This document shows positions 52,204-64,000 of a stretch of 64,000 nucleotides of DNA, piece after piece. Position 1 is the first letter of the stretch, and every line of letters begins with the position of its first letter. This stretch comes from Octopus vulgaris (lineage: Eukaryota), in the NCBI GenBank assembly GCA_951406725.2, contig OX597821.1:38688001-38752000 (forward strand). Direction: 5' to 3'. The notes under the pieces were generated by a model that saw only the letters and a program-made list of their open reading frames with translations, was not told the DNA's origin and did not search any database. Made by a program: the position numbers and the translations under genes.

Positions 52204-53860
52204 TATAAATATGAAAGTTTTAATAAAGACATACTGTGCAGTTGTATCTACACTGAGGCATCATTGAGGAAATATCAGTTTCAATTCTCTTTAATGTTTC
52301 ATCTTTATATTCATACAAATTACATATACGTATTTATTGCTCAATGCCTGACTGATTATTTATAAATCTTTGCCATTTTAACATCAAAATCACCAGAGAC
52401 TGACTCATATTCTACAATATAATCTTCCTGTTATAAACCTTTAGCATTGAAACCAGCCCAAAATATCTGGCCCAAAAATGCTGCCTGTTTTATTTTCGGA
52501 CCACCTTGATCAAGCTTATCACACCTGCCATTCAATATCATCCTGAAAATATACAAAAATATCAAAATTTCAAAGATTCAAGATAATTTAAGATTAATTA
52601 AAAAACAATGTGAATAAATAAGCATTACCTTTGGCAGAATAATCTGAATGCTAAAGGCTAAAGTGATCCAAATGAAATCTTTTACCAAAATTTTGTGCTA
52701 AGTTATGTTCAAAAAAATTGCTAAATAATGGCAAAATTATTTCACTAAATTTCTCATTTTTGCAAAATTAATTGACCCAAAGACAGTGTATTCCAACACA
52801 AATGTAATAACAAAAGTATTGAACATATATTTAAGAAAGTAATATATACGTTTGTTAATTTTTTATACTCAACACATAACTTCTGAACATCCAAAATAGA
52901 TAAATGTTTTCCTCTTTATAGGTGGGGGTTCTATATTTTTCATCTCTTATTCAACTCACTATTTAAATGAAATCCAGGGATGAGGAGAAGGTATAATTTA
53001 ACAAAGAATTAGAATACTCAGCATATTTCTAAATATTGGTAGCCATAAAACAAGTAGATATGATCTTCATTGTGGTAACATTTATGGTTTGTGATTAACT
53101 CAAAGAACAAATGTTCAGAATTCAAAGAATCTTCACTGCCAGGTGCTGCTAAAAAAAAATGAAAAAGAGAATGCACCTGTATTTGACATCATGCACTGCA
53201 GTAAAATACAAACAATAGAAGATAAAAACTTTGTACATGATGTTGTTATAGTTCAACATTGCCATGGAAATAATATATGAAAATAGTTTTAACAACAACA
53301 ACAAATAATAATAATAATAATAATAATGTGAAATAATTGAATAAAACTACAAAAGAATAGCAACAAAACAGTTGTTTTGAATTGTTTAATATTTTGATTT
53401 CAAGTAGAACACATGAAGCTCAGAAGTTGTAAGAAATTTTCCATTATTTTCTGTATGAATGTGTGAGTGTTTATGCATATATATAGTGTGCTTATGTTTA
53501 TGAGTAAATATATATAAATATGTATGGCCATATATATCATCATCAACTTCATCATCATAAGCACATACACATGCATATATACACACATAATATATATTTC
53601 ATCTGTATGAGTGTGTATATTTGTGAATCCATTATGTTAGGATTAGTAGCACACATTTCTATGTGTATACAGTGCTGTAATTGTTATAAACTATAGACGA
53701 GTGTACATGCAGAGGTTTCCATATATGTGTATTTGTTATCATTTGTAAATTATACTCTCACAAAGCCCCATAATCACGCACATTTGTGACACATCACCAT
53801 TCACATATTAGTAGGAATGTATATCTATCTATGTATCTATCCATGGAATATATATATGCT

Positions 53861-53900
<40 letters not shown>

Positions 53901-54882
53901 TACTCTATATACATATATGTATACACATACATGCTGAATACATACATATATATATACATATATATATGAATATATGTATAGGTATATGTGTATATGTAAA
54001 TTATGTATTTATGTATATATGTATATATAATTGTTTTTGTCTTTTCTAATTAATGTTTTTTTTTCTGATGAATGATTAATGCCTGAAACACCAAAACCTT
54101 TTCCCTTCCTTTTGTTTTAAAACTAATATGTTTGGGCCCCTTGTGTTGTCTTCTATTTCTGCTCATCACCCAATTTATGTATTTTTGTAACTGTGGACTT
54201 GAAGAAGTTAGAGCTATAAATAATTGCATGTAGAATATCGGGTCAAAAGGCATCTTTAGATGGGAAAAGTCAAAGGATTTTTTTAGCTGAATATGCTACA
54301 GATCATTACTTATAGCTTGGTCTACATTGGGTTCCATAATTTAAAAGAAAAGGATTTAGATTTAAACAAAAAAAAACGGATTGGGGTTGATGTGTTTGAC
54401 TAATATTCTTTGTGGTGGCGCTCCAGTATTACCACAGTTTAAATGACTAAAACAAGCAAAAGACAAAATATATATATCATCATTGCTTTCATTGTGTTTA
54501 TCATCGCTATCATTGTCATCATCATCATCATCATCATTTTAACATCCCCATTTCCATGCCAGCATGAGTTAGAGAGAATTTGTTACCACACACATATACA
54601 CACGTGCATGTGCACACACACACATGCACACACACATATACATACATATATAAATATTTACATATGCATATGTACTTTATTCTGATCTGATAGTAACGTC
54701 TCGTGCTAATGTAGGAAGACTACCTGAAAATTATAACAGAATGAAAACAGGTCAACAACACATCCACGATGAGAAAATAGTCTGCAAAACAGACAAATCT
54801 AATTTAGTTGTCTACGGTTGAAGACGAGCTTTGCATCGAGAACATAGTAGCAGTAGCAACAGAACAGAGTAAGTTTGTAAGA

Positions 54883-55210
54883 GGCAGACATGACTGGGTG
54901 GTTAGGAAGCTTGTTTTGCAAACATGAGGTTTGGAGTTCAGTCCCACTGTGTGGCACCTCAAGCAAGTGTCTTCTACTATAGCCTTAGGTCAACCAATTC
55001 TTGGTGAGTGAATTCAGTAGATGGAAACTGTGTGGAAGCCTGTCATATATATATATGAAATATGTACTTGTGTGTGTGTCTTTATGTTTGTTTGTCTGTC
55101 ATCACCACACTCAACAATTGTTTACATCCCAATACCTTAGTGGTTTGGCAAAAGAGACTGATAAAATAATTAAAAGACTTAGATATTCTAGAGGCAATTT
55201 GCTTGACTAA
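54883..55210 (+). mobile_element. SINE family A, diverged
   Basis: Head, ggcacctcaagcaagtgtcttctactatagcc block and 3' half. Confidence 0.75.
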
Positions 55211-55379
55211 ACATTTTAAAGGGAATGGGTGAGTCAAATTCATCAGTCAGAACATTTTACTGGTATTTCATTTCATCATACTCCCAAAGAGTAATGATAA
55301 GGATAGATGTTGCTTGACTGTGGGAAATAAAAAAGGTGAAAACAGTGCCAACTATCGTTGGGCCCTTGGGGACAGTATC

Positions 55380-55810
55380 AGAAGGTATTATGAGGAATAC
55401 CAGTATCACCAGGAAAGGCCTCATTTATTAGTAGTAGATAAAGAGAATAGAATGTGCCAGATAATTGATTTTACAGTCTGAAAAGATGAAAAAATTAATA
55501 TGAGAAGTATAGAGAAAATAGCAAATATCTAGACCTAGCCATTGAATTACAGAGAATATAGGAAGTGCAAGTAAAATGTATCCCAGTAGTTATAGGTGCA
55601 TTGAGAACAATCCCTAAAGATCTGAAAAGATGGATAGAGGAAATAAGCATGAAACCCAGTAGAGCTCCAGAAAACAGTGTTATTAGGGATAGCTTGGCTA
55701 CTTAGGGGGTTTCTTGGCATCTAAGCTTACTTGTTGCAGCTTGATGTTAGGAATTTCTCTCTTCCAACAGTCTAATCTGTTGTGCATATAATAATAAAAA
55801 TAATAATAAT
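55380..55810 (+). mobile_element. R4/Dong-clade LINE 3' end, third subfamily, with (TAA)n tail
   Basis: RPHLLVVDK...IIDF...YLDLAIELQR...IPVVIGAL...LQKTVLLG with stops and frameshifts. Confidence 0.8.
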
Positions 55811-56025
55811 ATCCTACGCAAAATACTTTCTATGTAATCTCAAGGAGGTTTAAAACAAACATTTTTTTTTTCTTAGACATTCACTAGTACAACACTAAAA
55901 AAACCCCCCAAATATATGGAACACTAGGCATAACAACAATGTGAACTTCCAACCTGTTGTCTCTTGAGGTCTCTGGGTGAGACTTGGAGCCAACTTGTAC
56001 AAATATAAAGCAAAATTAAAACATA

Positions 56026-56027
<2 letters not shown>
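55811..56027 (+). mobile_element. Fourth R4/Dong-like 3' end stacked on the previous tail
   Basis: Starts atc cta cgc aaa ata ctt tct atg taa (ILRKILSM*), then a 3' UTR and a long (TAA)n. Confidence 0.6.
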
Positions 56028-56078
<51 letters not shown>

Positions 56079-56090
56079 GTAATAATAATA

Positions 56091-56126
<36 letters not shown>

Positions 56127-56260
56127 GTAGTAATAATAATAATAGTAATAATAATAATAGTAGTAATAATAATAATAGTAATAATAATAATAGTAGTAAT
56201 AATAATAATAATAATGATAGTAATAATAATAATAGTAATAATAATAATAATAATAATAAT
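56028..56260. repeat. (TAA)n tract with patterned TAG interruptions
   Basis: Read directly from the sequence. Confidence 0.95.
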
Positions 56261-56859
56261 ACTAAATGCCCTGATGCAGTACCAGGCAGTAGCTCTCATG
56301 GCTTCTCATCTTAATTGATTAGAAGTGTTATCATGTACATTGTTTTGTCTTGATATAAAAGATGGGCTGCAGCAAATATTCTGCTCAATACCATGGATTT
56401 GCTTGTCAGTTGTTTAACCATAACCAGTTGAGTAGGTCCCTAAGTGGCTGACAATATGTACATCTCTGATCATGGGCAGAAGTAGTGGGGAGCATCATTG
56501 CCATGTGTTGAGAGGGATTCTTTGGAATTTGGATAATTCACCTCTGGGAACATGGGTGTTTCATTCAACATCCTTTAAGCAACCCTTATTCAGGGACCTT
56601 TTCAGCAGGATGGGCTAGTCAACAAGAAGAAAATTCTAACTGGGCAAATTCTAACTGGAAAATTCTAACCTGCAAGGTCAAGCACTGTTTATTTTGATAT
56701 GAGATCACTATGTTGTGCACACATGGTTGTGGTGCATGTGCCTGGTGTATCCTTATCAGATGAGTAGTCATGATGAGTATATTGTGATCCGTATATTTTA
56801 CCCCAGTGTCACTTTGATGGCATGTGCTGCTCTCTCACTCACTAATAATACTGATAATG

Positions 56860-57295
56860 GCTTCAAATTTTGTCACAAGGGTAGCCATTTTGGGGGAGAA
56901 GATGAGCTGATAACATTAACCCCAGTGTTCAACTGGTACTTATTTTATCGAATCTGAAAGGATGAAATGTCAAGTCATCCTTTGAATTTGAACTCAGAAC
57001 ATAGCAACAGCTGAAATTCCACTAAGCATTTTGTCCAGCTCACCAACAATTCTGCCAGCTGGCCACCTTAATAATGATAATAATAATCATAATAATAATA
57101 TTAATCCTTTCTACTGGAATCACAAGGCCTCAAATTTTGGGGAAAGGATTAAGTTGATTACATCGACCCCAGTGCGTAACTGGTACTTTAAGTTGACCTT
57201 AGCTGAATTTGAACTCAGAACAAAAAAAAATAGACAAAATACTGTTAAGCATTCTGCCCAGTGTGGTAACTATTCAGCCATCTCACTGCCTTAAT
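56860..57295 (-). mobile_element. Two tandem SINE family C copies separated by (TAA)n
   Basis: gaatttgaactcagaac and aagcatt..gcc blocks occur twice. Confidence 0.75.
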
Positions 57296-58024
57296 AATAA
57301 AAATAATGATAATAATAATGATAATAACAATAATAATGATAATAATAATGTTAAAGATAATAATGATAATAATTGTATTTGTTGCCAGAACATTGTGTGT
57401 ATGGTGATGGGTACAAGTGAAGCGATCTAATGTTGTTGCGCTCAGCCTTAGAAGAGGGATTAAGCTCATCAGTGTAAGCTAACAAACCATCCATCACATG
57501 TTCACTGAAGATGTTGTTTGAATCAGTGAACTGAATCTATCAATGTTGCTTATTCACAGCTAATTAAACTGAATGATTGAGAGTCGCTTGTCTTTGACAC
57601 GGACGTATCGTATTCATCATCGCATCAGCTGCAACATTCTCCATAATAGTCTTTCATCATCTCGAGTGACAAATATGAGAATTTATAAAATCTATCACAG
57701 TTTCATTAGTTTGATTGGTGGGCTCCTAATCATTTATCTTGTTTCTTACTTAGACAGTCGTCCAGTTTTTGTAGGGAAATGGCAATGTGTGCAGACAAAA
57801 CAAAAAAAAAACTAAACAAATCTAAATGAAGTGATATTTTTTTTTAGTTCATGAAAGAACAAAAACCCTGGAGGCAATTTCCTGAGGACACTTGCCCAAG
57901 GTGCCATGCAGTGGCACTGAACCTTGAGCCATGGGATTAGGAAGCAAATTTCTAACCACATAGTTATGCCTGTGCATATATATATAACAATGGAAAAATG
58001 CACACATCTATATATATACACATG

Positions 58025-58057
<33 letters not shown>

Positions 58058-58189
58058 CAAGGTATGCATGTATGTTTGTATGTAGCATGCATGCATGCAG
58101 GCATGTATGTATGTATGTATGTATGTATGTATGTATGTATGTATGTATGAATGTATGTGTAGCAAGCACATTTGGCAGTTGCAAAACAC

Positions 58190-58665
58190 TTAGAAGTCAA
58201 ATTGAATCACTGTATATGATACAGAAAAATATAAAAAAACAACAACCAATTAATTAGAATGCAATTCATACAAATATTACCAATATGATAAAAAAAGTCT
58301 GACCATTCAAAATTTCTCTTGGAACTGAATCTAATAAAAAAGATTCCAATTGGAATCTATATACCATTGACAAGAAATATTTCCACCCTTTCTGCACAGA
58401 ACTTTCCTTGGATAATGGAACTACAACTGTAACATCCTACATATATTTTTACTTTTGTTTTTATTCTCTTATTTCCCTTTAAACTTCTTATTTCCATCAT
58501 TTTCCAAAATAACTACTTACATTGAACTCTTCTATTTTACTCTCTCATATCGTCTCTGATGAAGGGATATCCCTAATATCCCTGAAACGGCTGCAAGATT
58601 AACTCTCTCTTTATAAATGTCCTGAAAATTCCACACAGCCTTGGCTTTGTTGTCTCCTTTTATTT

Positions 58666-58668
<3 letters not shown>
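58190..58668 (+). mobile_element. Penelope-like 3' relic with hammerhead
   Basis: Decayed GIY-YIG-end-like segment, pyrimidine-rich UTR and a hammerhead at 58552-58599; ends in (TA)n. Confidence 0.55.
58552..58599 (+). ncRNA. Minimal hammerhead ribozyme motif
   Basis: gtct-CTGATGA-agggatat(cccta)atatccct-GAAAC-ggct-GCA-agat. Perfect 8-bp stem II; the cleavage triplet is mutated (GUA to GCA inferred). Confidence 0.7.
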
Positions 58669-58699
<31 letters not shown>

Positions 58700-58703
<4 letters not shown>

Positions 58704-58906
58704 ATCCAAACATGAAAACACAAAGAGAAAACACAACAACGCGAGGACGTGGAAAAAGTATAGTGTTATTGGATGCTCAAGAAAGGAAAGTAAGAAGGAG
58801 GATTTAACGTTTCAAGCGGAGCTCTTCGTCAGAAACATAGGAAAAGGAAAGGTCCAAGGAAGGGAAGACGGAGGAAAAAAAATCACCAATGATACACATG
58901 CAATCA
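58700..58906 (-). mobile_element. Short Penelope pLTR-like element with hammerhead
   Basis: CpG-retaining, starts at a TA tract and contains the hammerhead at 58802-58836. Confidence 0.6.
58802..58836 (-). ncRNA. Minimal hammerhead ribozyme motif with intact core
   Basis: gttt-CTGACGA-a-gagc(tcc)gctt-GAAAC-GTT-aaat; palindromic AACGTT in place of stem III. Confidence 0.75.
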
Positions 58907-59093
58907 CATAATTTCCTCAACCCAGCTTTTATCTGTGGACTCTGATCTTTAGAAATGAGCTACCAAGTATTTTTGGCTAATACACTTTTCGTTATTACAA
59001 AATTCTTCATGAATTTTTTCTACTGGCAAAAATCTCAGTCCATCAATGAAGCAGGCTTGTGAAGACAATGCTTTGGCTTGGGTCTAATAAAAG

Positions 59094-59129
<36 letters not shown>

Positions 59130-59316
59130 CTTTTATTAGACCCAAGCCAAAGCATTGTCTTCACAAGCCTGCTTCATTGATGGACTGAGATTTTTGCCAG
59201 TAGAAAAAATTCATGAAGAATTTTGTAATAACGAAAAGTGTATTAGCCAAAAATACTTGGTAGCTCATTTCTAAAGATCAGAGTTTACAGATAAAAGCTG
59301 GGTTGAGGAAATTATG
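58907..59316. repeat. 410-bp near-perfect palindrome centred on (TA)17
   Basis: Arms 58907-59094 and 59129-59316, with only a 2-nt adjacent mismatch seen. Confidence 0.95.
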
Positions 59317-59489
59317 GTTTGCCAATGGTTTATATAATAAGGTTTAAGCAAGTATGCAACTTTCATCTTGCCATCCAACACAGACTTTCCTCCCGAAACC
59401 TGAAGGTCTAATTTTTTGACTAATTATTTCTTAATTTAAAGGAATTTTCTCCTCTTTGTGAATCACTTGCTACGGTATCCTTCGTGTTT

Positions 59490-59925
59490 TTTGTCTTTTA
59501 TCTTTCACTTGTTTCAATAATTAGAGTGTGGCCATGCTGGGGCACCACCTTGAAGATTTTTAGTCAAAAGAATTGATCTCAATACTTTTATTCTTAAGCC
59601 TGGTACTTAATCTATCAGCCTCTTTTGCTGAACTACTAAGTTATAGGGATGTAAACAAACTAACTCGATTGTTAAGTGGTGGAGGTGGGTCAAACACAAA
59701 CACACACACACACACACATACACAAACACACACACACAAACACACATACACACAAACACACAGACGATGGGTTTCTTTACGCTTTCTGTCTACCAAATCC
59801 ACTCAGAAGGTTTTGGTTGGACCAAGACTATGGCAGAAGACTCTTGCACCTAATTCCATACAGTGGGACTGAACCTGAAAATTTTGGTTGGGGAGCAAAC
59901 TTATTACCTCACAGCCACACCTGCG
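59490..59925 (-). mobile_element. SINE family A, full length
   Basis: Collinear with 62497-62883; internal (CA)n. Confidence 0.8.
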
Positions 59926-60707
59926 TCTATATTTTCTATATTTTTATTTTCTTTCTCCACCTAAACGGTAAGTTTCACTTTGTTTAGAATTTTCTGTGGA
60001 CGTCATTCAATTTATTTATCACTGAGCTGAATAATCTTACTTCCTACTCGTAAGCTCAACGAGAAGAATTATATCTTCTAGCTTGCTTTGTGCAATTTTT
60101 CTAGAGATTAGTGAGTTATCGACTGAATATATTGTTGTATTATTTTGCAGGACTTATTTTATTAGTTCCAAAGCAAAGAAAAATTAAATCAGTCCTGCTG
60201 TGAACTTAAATCTAAATAGCATAAAATATTTAGTCCAACACTTCATAGTTTACGTCAATTTGCACACTTCGCTTTGTAATACAAACAACGGCAACAACAA
60301 CAACAGCAACAACAACAACAAAGAACACTTCAGCTTATTCTTTCCAAGGTTTGTTCTCTATATGAATGTCAAGTCTCTGAATAGAAATCTTTTCAGGTTT
60401 TGAGAATTATATGGGAACGATACATGGAATCTTGAAATTTCAAAGAAGGAAAAGAAAAAACAGTAGCAGATTAAAGTGTTCCATATATTGTGTCTTACAG
60501 CTACCAATAGTCAATCAAAGATTATGAATGCTGTGCCGTCAATAACTTACACTACATAATCATAAAAAAATAGTGTTTTATTGTAACAAAACCGATACCA
60601 GAACTAATCTTGGTAAATGGAGATGGAGGAGTCAAGGTTTTATTTGTAAACAACAGAATTTGCAATGGAATATGCGTGTGGAGTTATATATAAGTGCCTT
60701 GTTTCTA

Positions 60708-60744
<37 letters not shown>

Positions 60745-60816
60745 GTCTGTATGTATACATGTACATGCCAGCATGGAAAGCAGACATTAAATGACGATGA
60801 TAATGATGATGTATAA

Positions 60817-60904
<88 letters not shown>

Positions 60905-60942
60905 ATATGTGTGTGTGTGTATATATATATATATACAATATA

Positions 60943-60975
<33 letters not shown>

Positions 60976-61005
60976 ATATATACAATATATATATGTGTGT
61001 GTATG

Positions 61006-61037
<32 letters not shown>

Positions 61038-61180
61038 TACATATATATGTATGTGTATCGTTTGTAAAAAACATAAATCCAAAAGATACGCATGCATCTA
61101 TTAACACACACATATACACACATTATATACATTTATAAATATGTGTATACATATATGTGTATATGTATGTGTATTTATAA

Positions 61181-61215
<35 letters not shown>

Positions 61216-61230
61216 CGTGTGTGTGTGTGT
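60708..61230. repeat. Compound (TA)/(CA)/(TG) microsatellite field
   Basis: Read directly; includes a tiny RTE tail at about 60765-60810. Confidence 0.9.
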
Positions 61231-61827
61231 TTGATAGATTTTCTATTGTGTTATCGACAAAGTAGTTATGTTTGCATCAATGTGCCGATATTTATGTTAT
61301 TTGCTTCAAGCGTATCTTGTAATGTGGGTGGTTTTGGATGTGAAGAGATTCAATATTGGGATCTATAAAGAGATATATTGAGTTTGGGGTTAACATTATG
61401 GTCTGTGGAAATGGCCACCAGCCAACAAGTTTGTCGTTTGATTACCAGTAGCTTTTGTCTTCTTTCACTAAATAATCTTCTACAAAAATTTGCTTATTCT
61501 TCAGAAACTAACCACAATAAGAAAAAAAAACCCCAGAAACATTATTGGAAAGGAAATGTTATTGGGCAGTTGGTTGCACAGAAAAGATCTTATTGTTGAG
61601 CTTTAGTTGTACTTATTGTTATTATTATTATTGTTGGTATGATGGCTCATGTTATTGTAATTGTTGTTATGGTTCTTGATCTTCTTGTGCTTGTTGTTGT
61701 TGTTGTTGTATAGCCTGACACAAGCCTTAATTTAATAGCTCTATGACTTAAAGCATTCCCTCCATGACCATTTCATCTTTTTATGATGATGATAATAATG
61801 CTGCTGCTATTGTTGGTGATAAAGATG

Positions 61828-61858
<31 letters not shown>

Positions 61859-62146
61859 CAACAATTGTGGTGATGGCAGTTTTATGCCTTGGCCAAAGAC
61901 CAAACATTGTAATGGGAGGTGATATCCTTCTGTTGTGAAACAGATAGCAGCACGACTGGTGGACATTGGTTAAGAAGAACGGGACAGAAATGATATCTTG
62001 AAATATTTAGTCAGGCCATTTACAGTTTCTGTGATGTCACCATTTTTGGGGATGATACGGTCATCGTGTTGAATAGCATTATAATGAGGATTATCATAAA
62101 ACAGATGATGATGATAATGATGATGATGAAGGGGATAATGAAAATA

Positions 62147-62184
<38 letters not shown>

Positions 62185-62229
62185 ATTGATAAAACATCTG
62201 TAGTGGGGAGTTAACATTCTGTTAATGGA

Positions 62230-63958
62230 ACTTGGTCTTCTCAAGCACAGCAAAGTGCCAACTATCTCAGTTCTTTGTCATCTCTGTTAGGCTCAGCATC
62301 TTAAGATCAGCCTTCATTATTTCCTCCCACGTCTCACTGGATTTCCCTCTTCCATGAGTTTCATCCACTTTAAGTGATCGGTACTTCTTTATGCAACTAT
62401 CCTTATCCATACGCATCACATGACCAAACCACTCTAGTCTCTTTTGTTAGACTACATCTGATTCCTTTTATGCCTAACTTTTCTTTCAAAACATTTACTC
62501 TTTTACTCTTTTATTTGTTTCAGTTATTCGACTGTGGCCATGCTGGAGCACTGCCTTTAGTCAAGCAAATCGACCCCAGTACTTATTCTTTGTAAGCCTA
62601 GTACTTATTCTATCGGTCTCTTTTGCTGAACCGCTAAGTTATGGGAACGTAAACACACCAGCATCGGTTGTCAAGCGATATTGGGGAGACAAACACAGAC
62701 ACCCAAACATATACACACACATACATATATGCGACGAGCTTCTTACAGTTTCCGTCTACCAAATCCACTCACAAGGCTTTGGTCGGCCCGAGGCTATAGT
62801 AGAAGACACTTGCCCAAGGTGCCACGCAGTGGGACTGAACCTGGGACCATGTGGTTGGTAAGCAAGCTACTTACCACACAGCAGCACATCCAGTGAAGCA
62901 TACTAGCTTCATTCTTCCCAGCCTCATTCTTCCCTAGTCTTTGCATGTCTTCTGCATTCATATCCCACGCCTCACTATCATGTTGCATCATTGTGTTCGG
63001 ACACAAACATACAATCTGCCTTTCACTTGGGTAGAGAGGCAATTTGTATTTGTTACCAACAGAGGTAATATCTCTCTCTACTTTCTCCATCCCCTTCTTA
63101 TTATGGTGATTACTTTCAGAACATCTTCCTCCACCATTAATGAGTTCAACTAGGCAACAGAAACTATCTGCTGTCTCTTGGGAGTCTCCAGAGCATTTGA
63201 AAAATCCATTTCCCATGTGGCCTTGGACTTTATGGCACTTACTCATCTTCCACTCACAAAAACTATTGTCTCCACTAACCTTCCTGCAATTCCATTGCTT
63301 GTCTCATATGTCCATGACATGCACTATATACACTCTATGGAATTTTTGCCTACATCTTTTCTATATATTTTGAGCAGGATATTTATCAGAAAGGAATAGT
63401 GTCTGGCTGATTTCTTGTTTACTAGAATCATGTTCTTTGCTAAGTTAACCTTAAAACCCTTAGATTCAACATTTTTTTTCCACACCTGAAATTGTTGTCT
63501 CACAGATTTCCCTATGAGAATGAGATCATCAGCATACAGTAGTTCCCAGGGGCAGTCGTTCTCAAATTCCTTTGTTATGATCTAGAGTACAATAATGAAT
63601 TGGAGGGGACTGAGAACTGAGCCCTGGTGAACACCTACCTGTACACTAAATACCTCACTGTACTCACAGCTCTCACCTTACTGACAGTGTCACATGACTT
63701 GCACAGATTTCACAAGCCGTTCATCTATCCCTAGTTTCCTCGGAGACCACCATATCACACAGCTAAGGACTTTGTTGAAGATTTTCTGCAGGTCAACAAA
63801 TGCCAAATATAATGGTTTTCTCTAAGCTCAAAATCTCTGCAGTTGTTTGACAAAGCATAAAGAATCATTAGTACTTCTACCTGACACAAAATTAAACTGT
63901 ATTTCATCCTCTTTTATTCTGTTTCTAATGATAACATAACCCCCTCCATAACTTTCAT
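62230..63958 (-). pseudogene. Decayed RTE LINE reverse transcriptase, interrupted by a SINE
   Basis: Minus translation VGVHQGSVLSPL.F...CPWELLYADDL (about 63520-63650), DSFC.L...GGG.C, and EAW...EDMQRL..NEASMLHWMC. Confidence 0.85.
62497..62883 (-). mobile_element. SINE family A, well preserved
   Basis: Minus head tgtgtggtaagtagcttgc...ggttcagtcccactgcgtggcaccttgggcaagtg. Confidence 0.9.
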
Positions 63959-63964
63959 GCATAT

Positions 63965-64000
63965 AGGTGCAGGAGTGGCTGTGTGGTAAGTAGCTTGCTT
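63965..64000 (+). mobile_element. SINE family A head, truncated by the window end
   Basis: ggtgcaggagtggctgtgtggtaagtagcttgctt matches 8011-8047. Confidence 0.8.

Noticed and set aside
57495-57540. Pre-miRNA hairpin
   Set aside because: The stem is only 9 bp and does not extend; no known mature miRNA (for example miR-10) was recognised in the window.

Overview
AT-rich, repeat-saturated eukaryotic DNA. The SINE, RTE and microsatellite profile strongly resembles a cephalopod (Octopus-like) genome; this is an inference from repeat types, with no database check. I find no intact host gene. Almost all listed ORFs are microsatellite translations or transposon relics. Recognisable content: many 3' ends of an RTE LINE with (GAT)n tails, at least three tRNA-derived SINE families, R4/Dong-type REL-endonuclease LINE ends sitting in (TAA)n tracts, Penelope-like (GIY-YIG) relics, and decayed hAT transposases. 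Five signals stand out. (1) There are about eight minimal hammerhead-ribozyme motifs from several families. One family is a palindromic tRNA-headed hammerhead element with a 7-bp target-site duplication (16255-16693); a second copy lies at 25.4-26.2 kb. (2) A Penelope insertion forms a 688-bp-arm inverted repeat (39137-40982). (3) Two unrelated 188-bp local duplications are anchored on (TA)n tracts: a 410-bp palindrome at 58907-59316 and a direct repeat at 18.9/23.4 kb. (4) A putative 164-nt coding exon is restored in frame when an RTE insertion is removed (49075-50022). (5) Several unique segments look like enhancers, with TALE/Hox motifs. Boundaries of decayed repeats are approximate.
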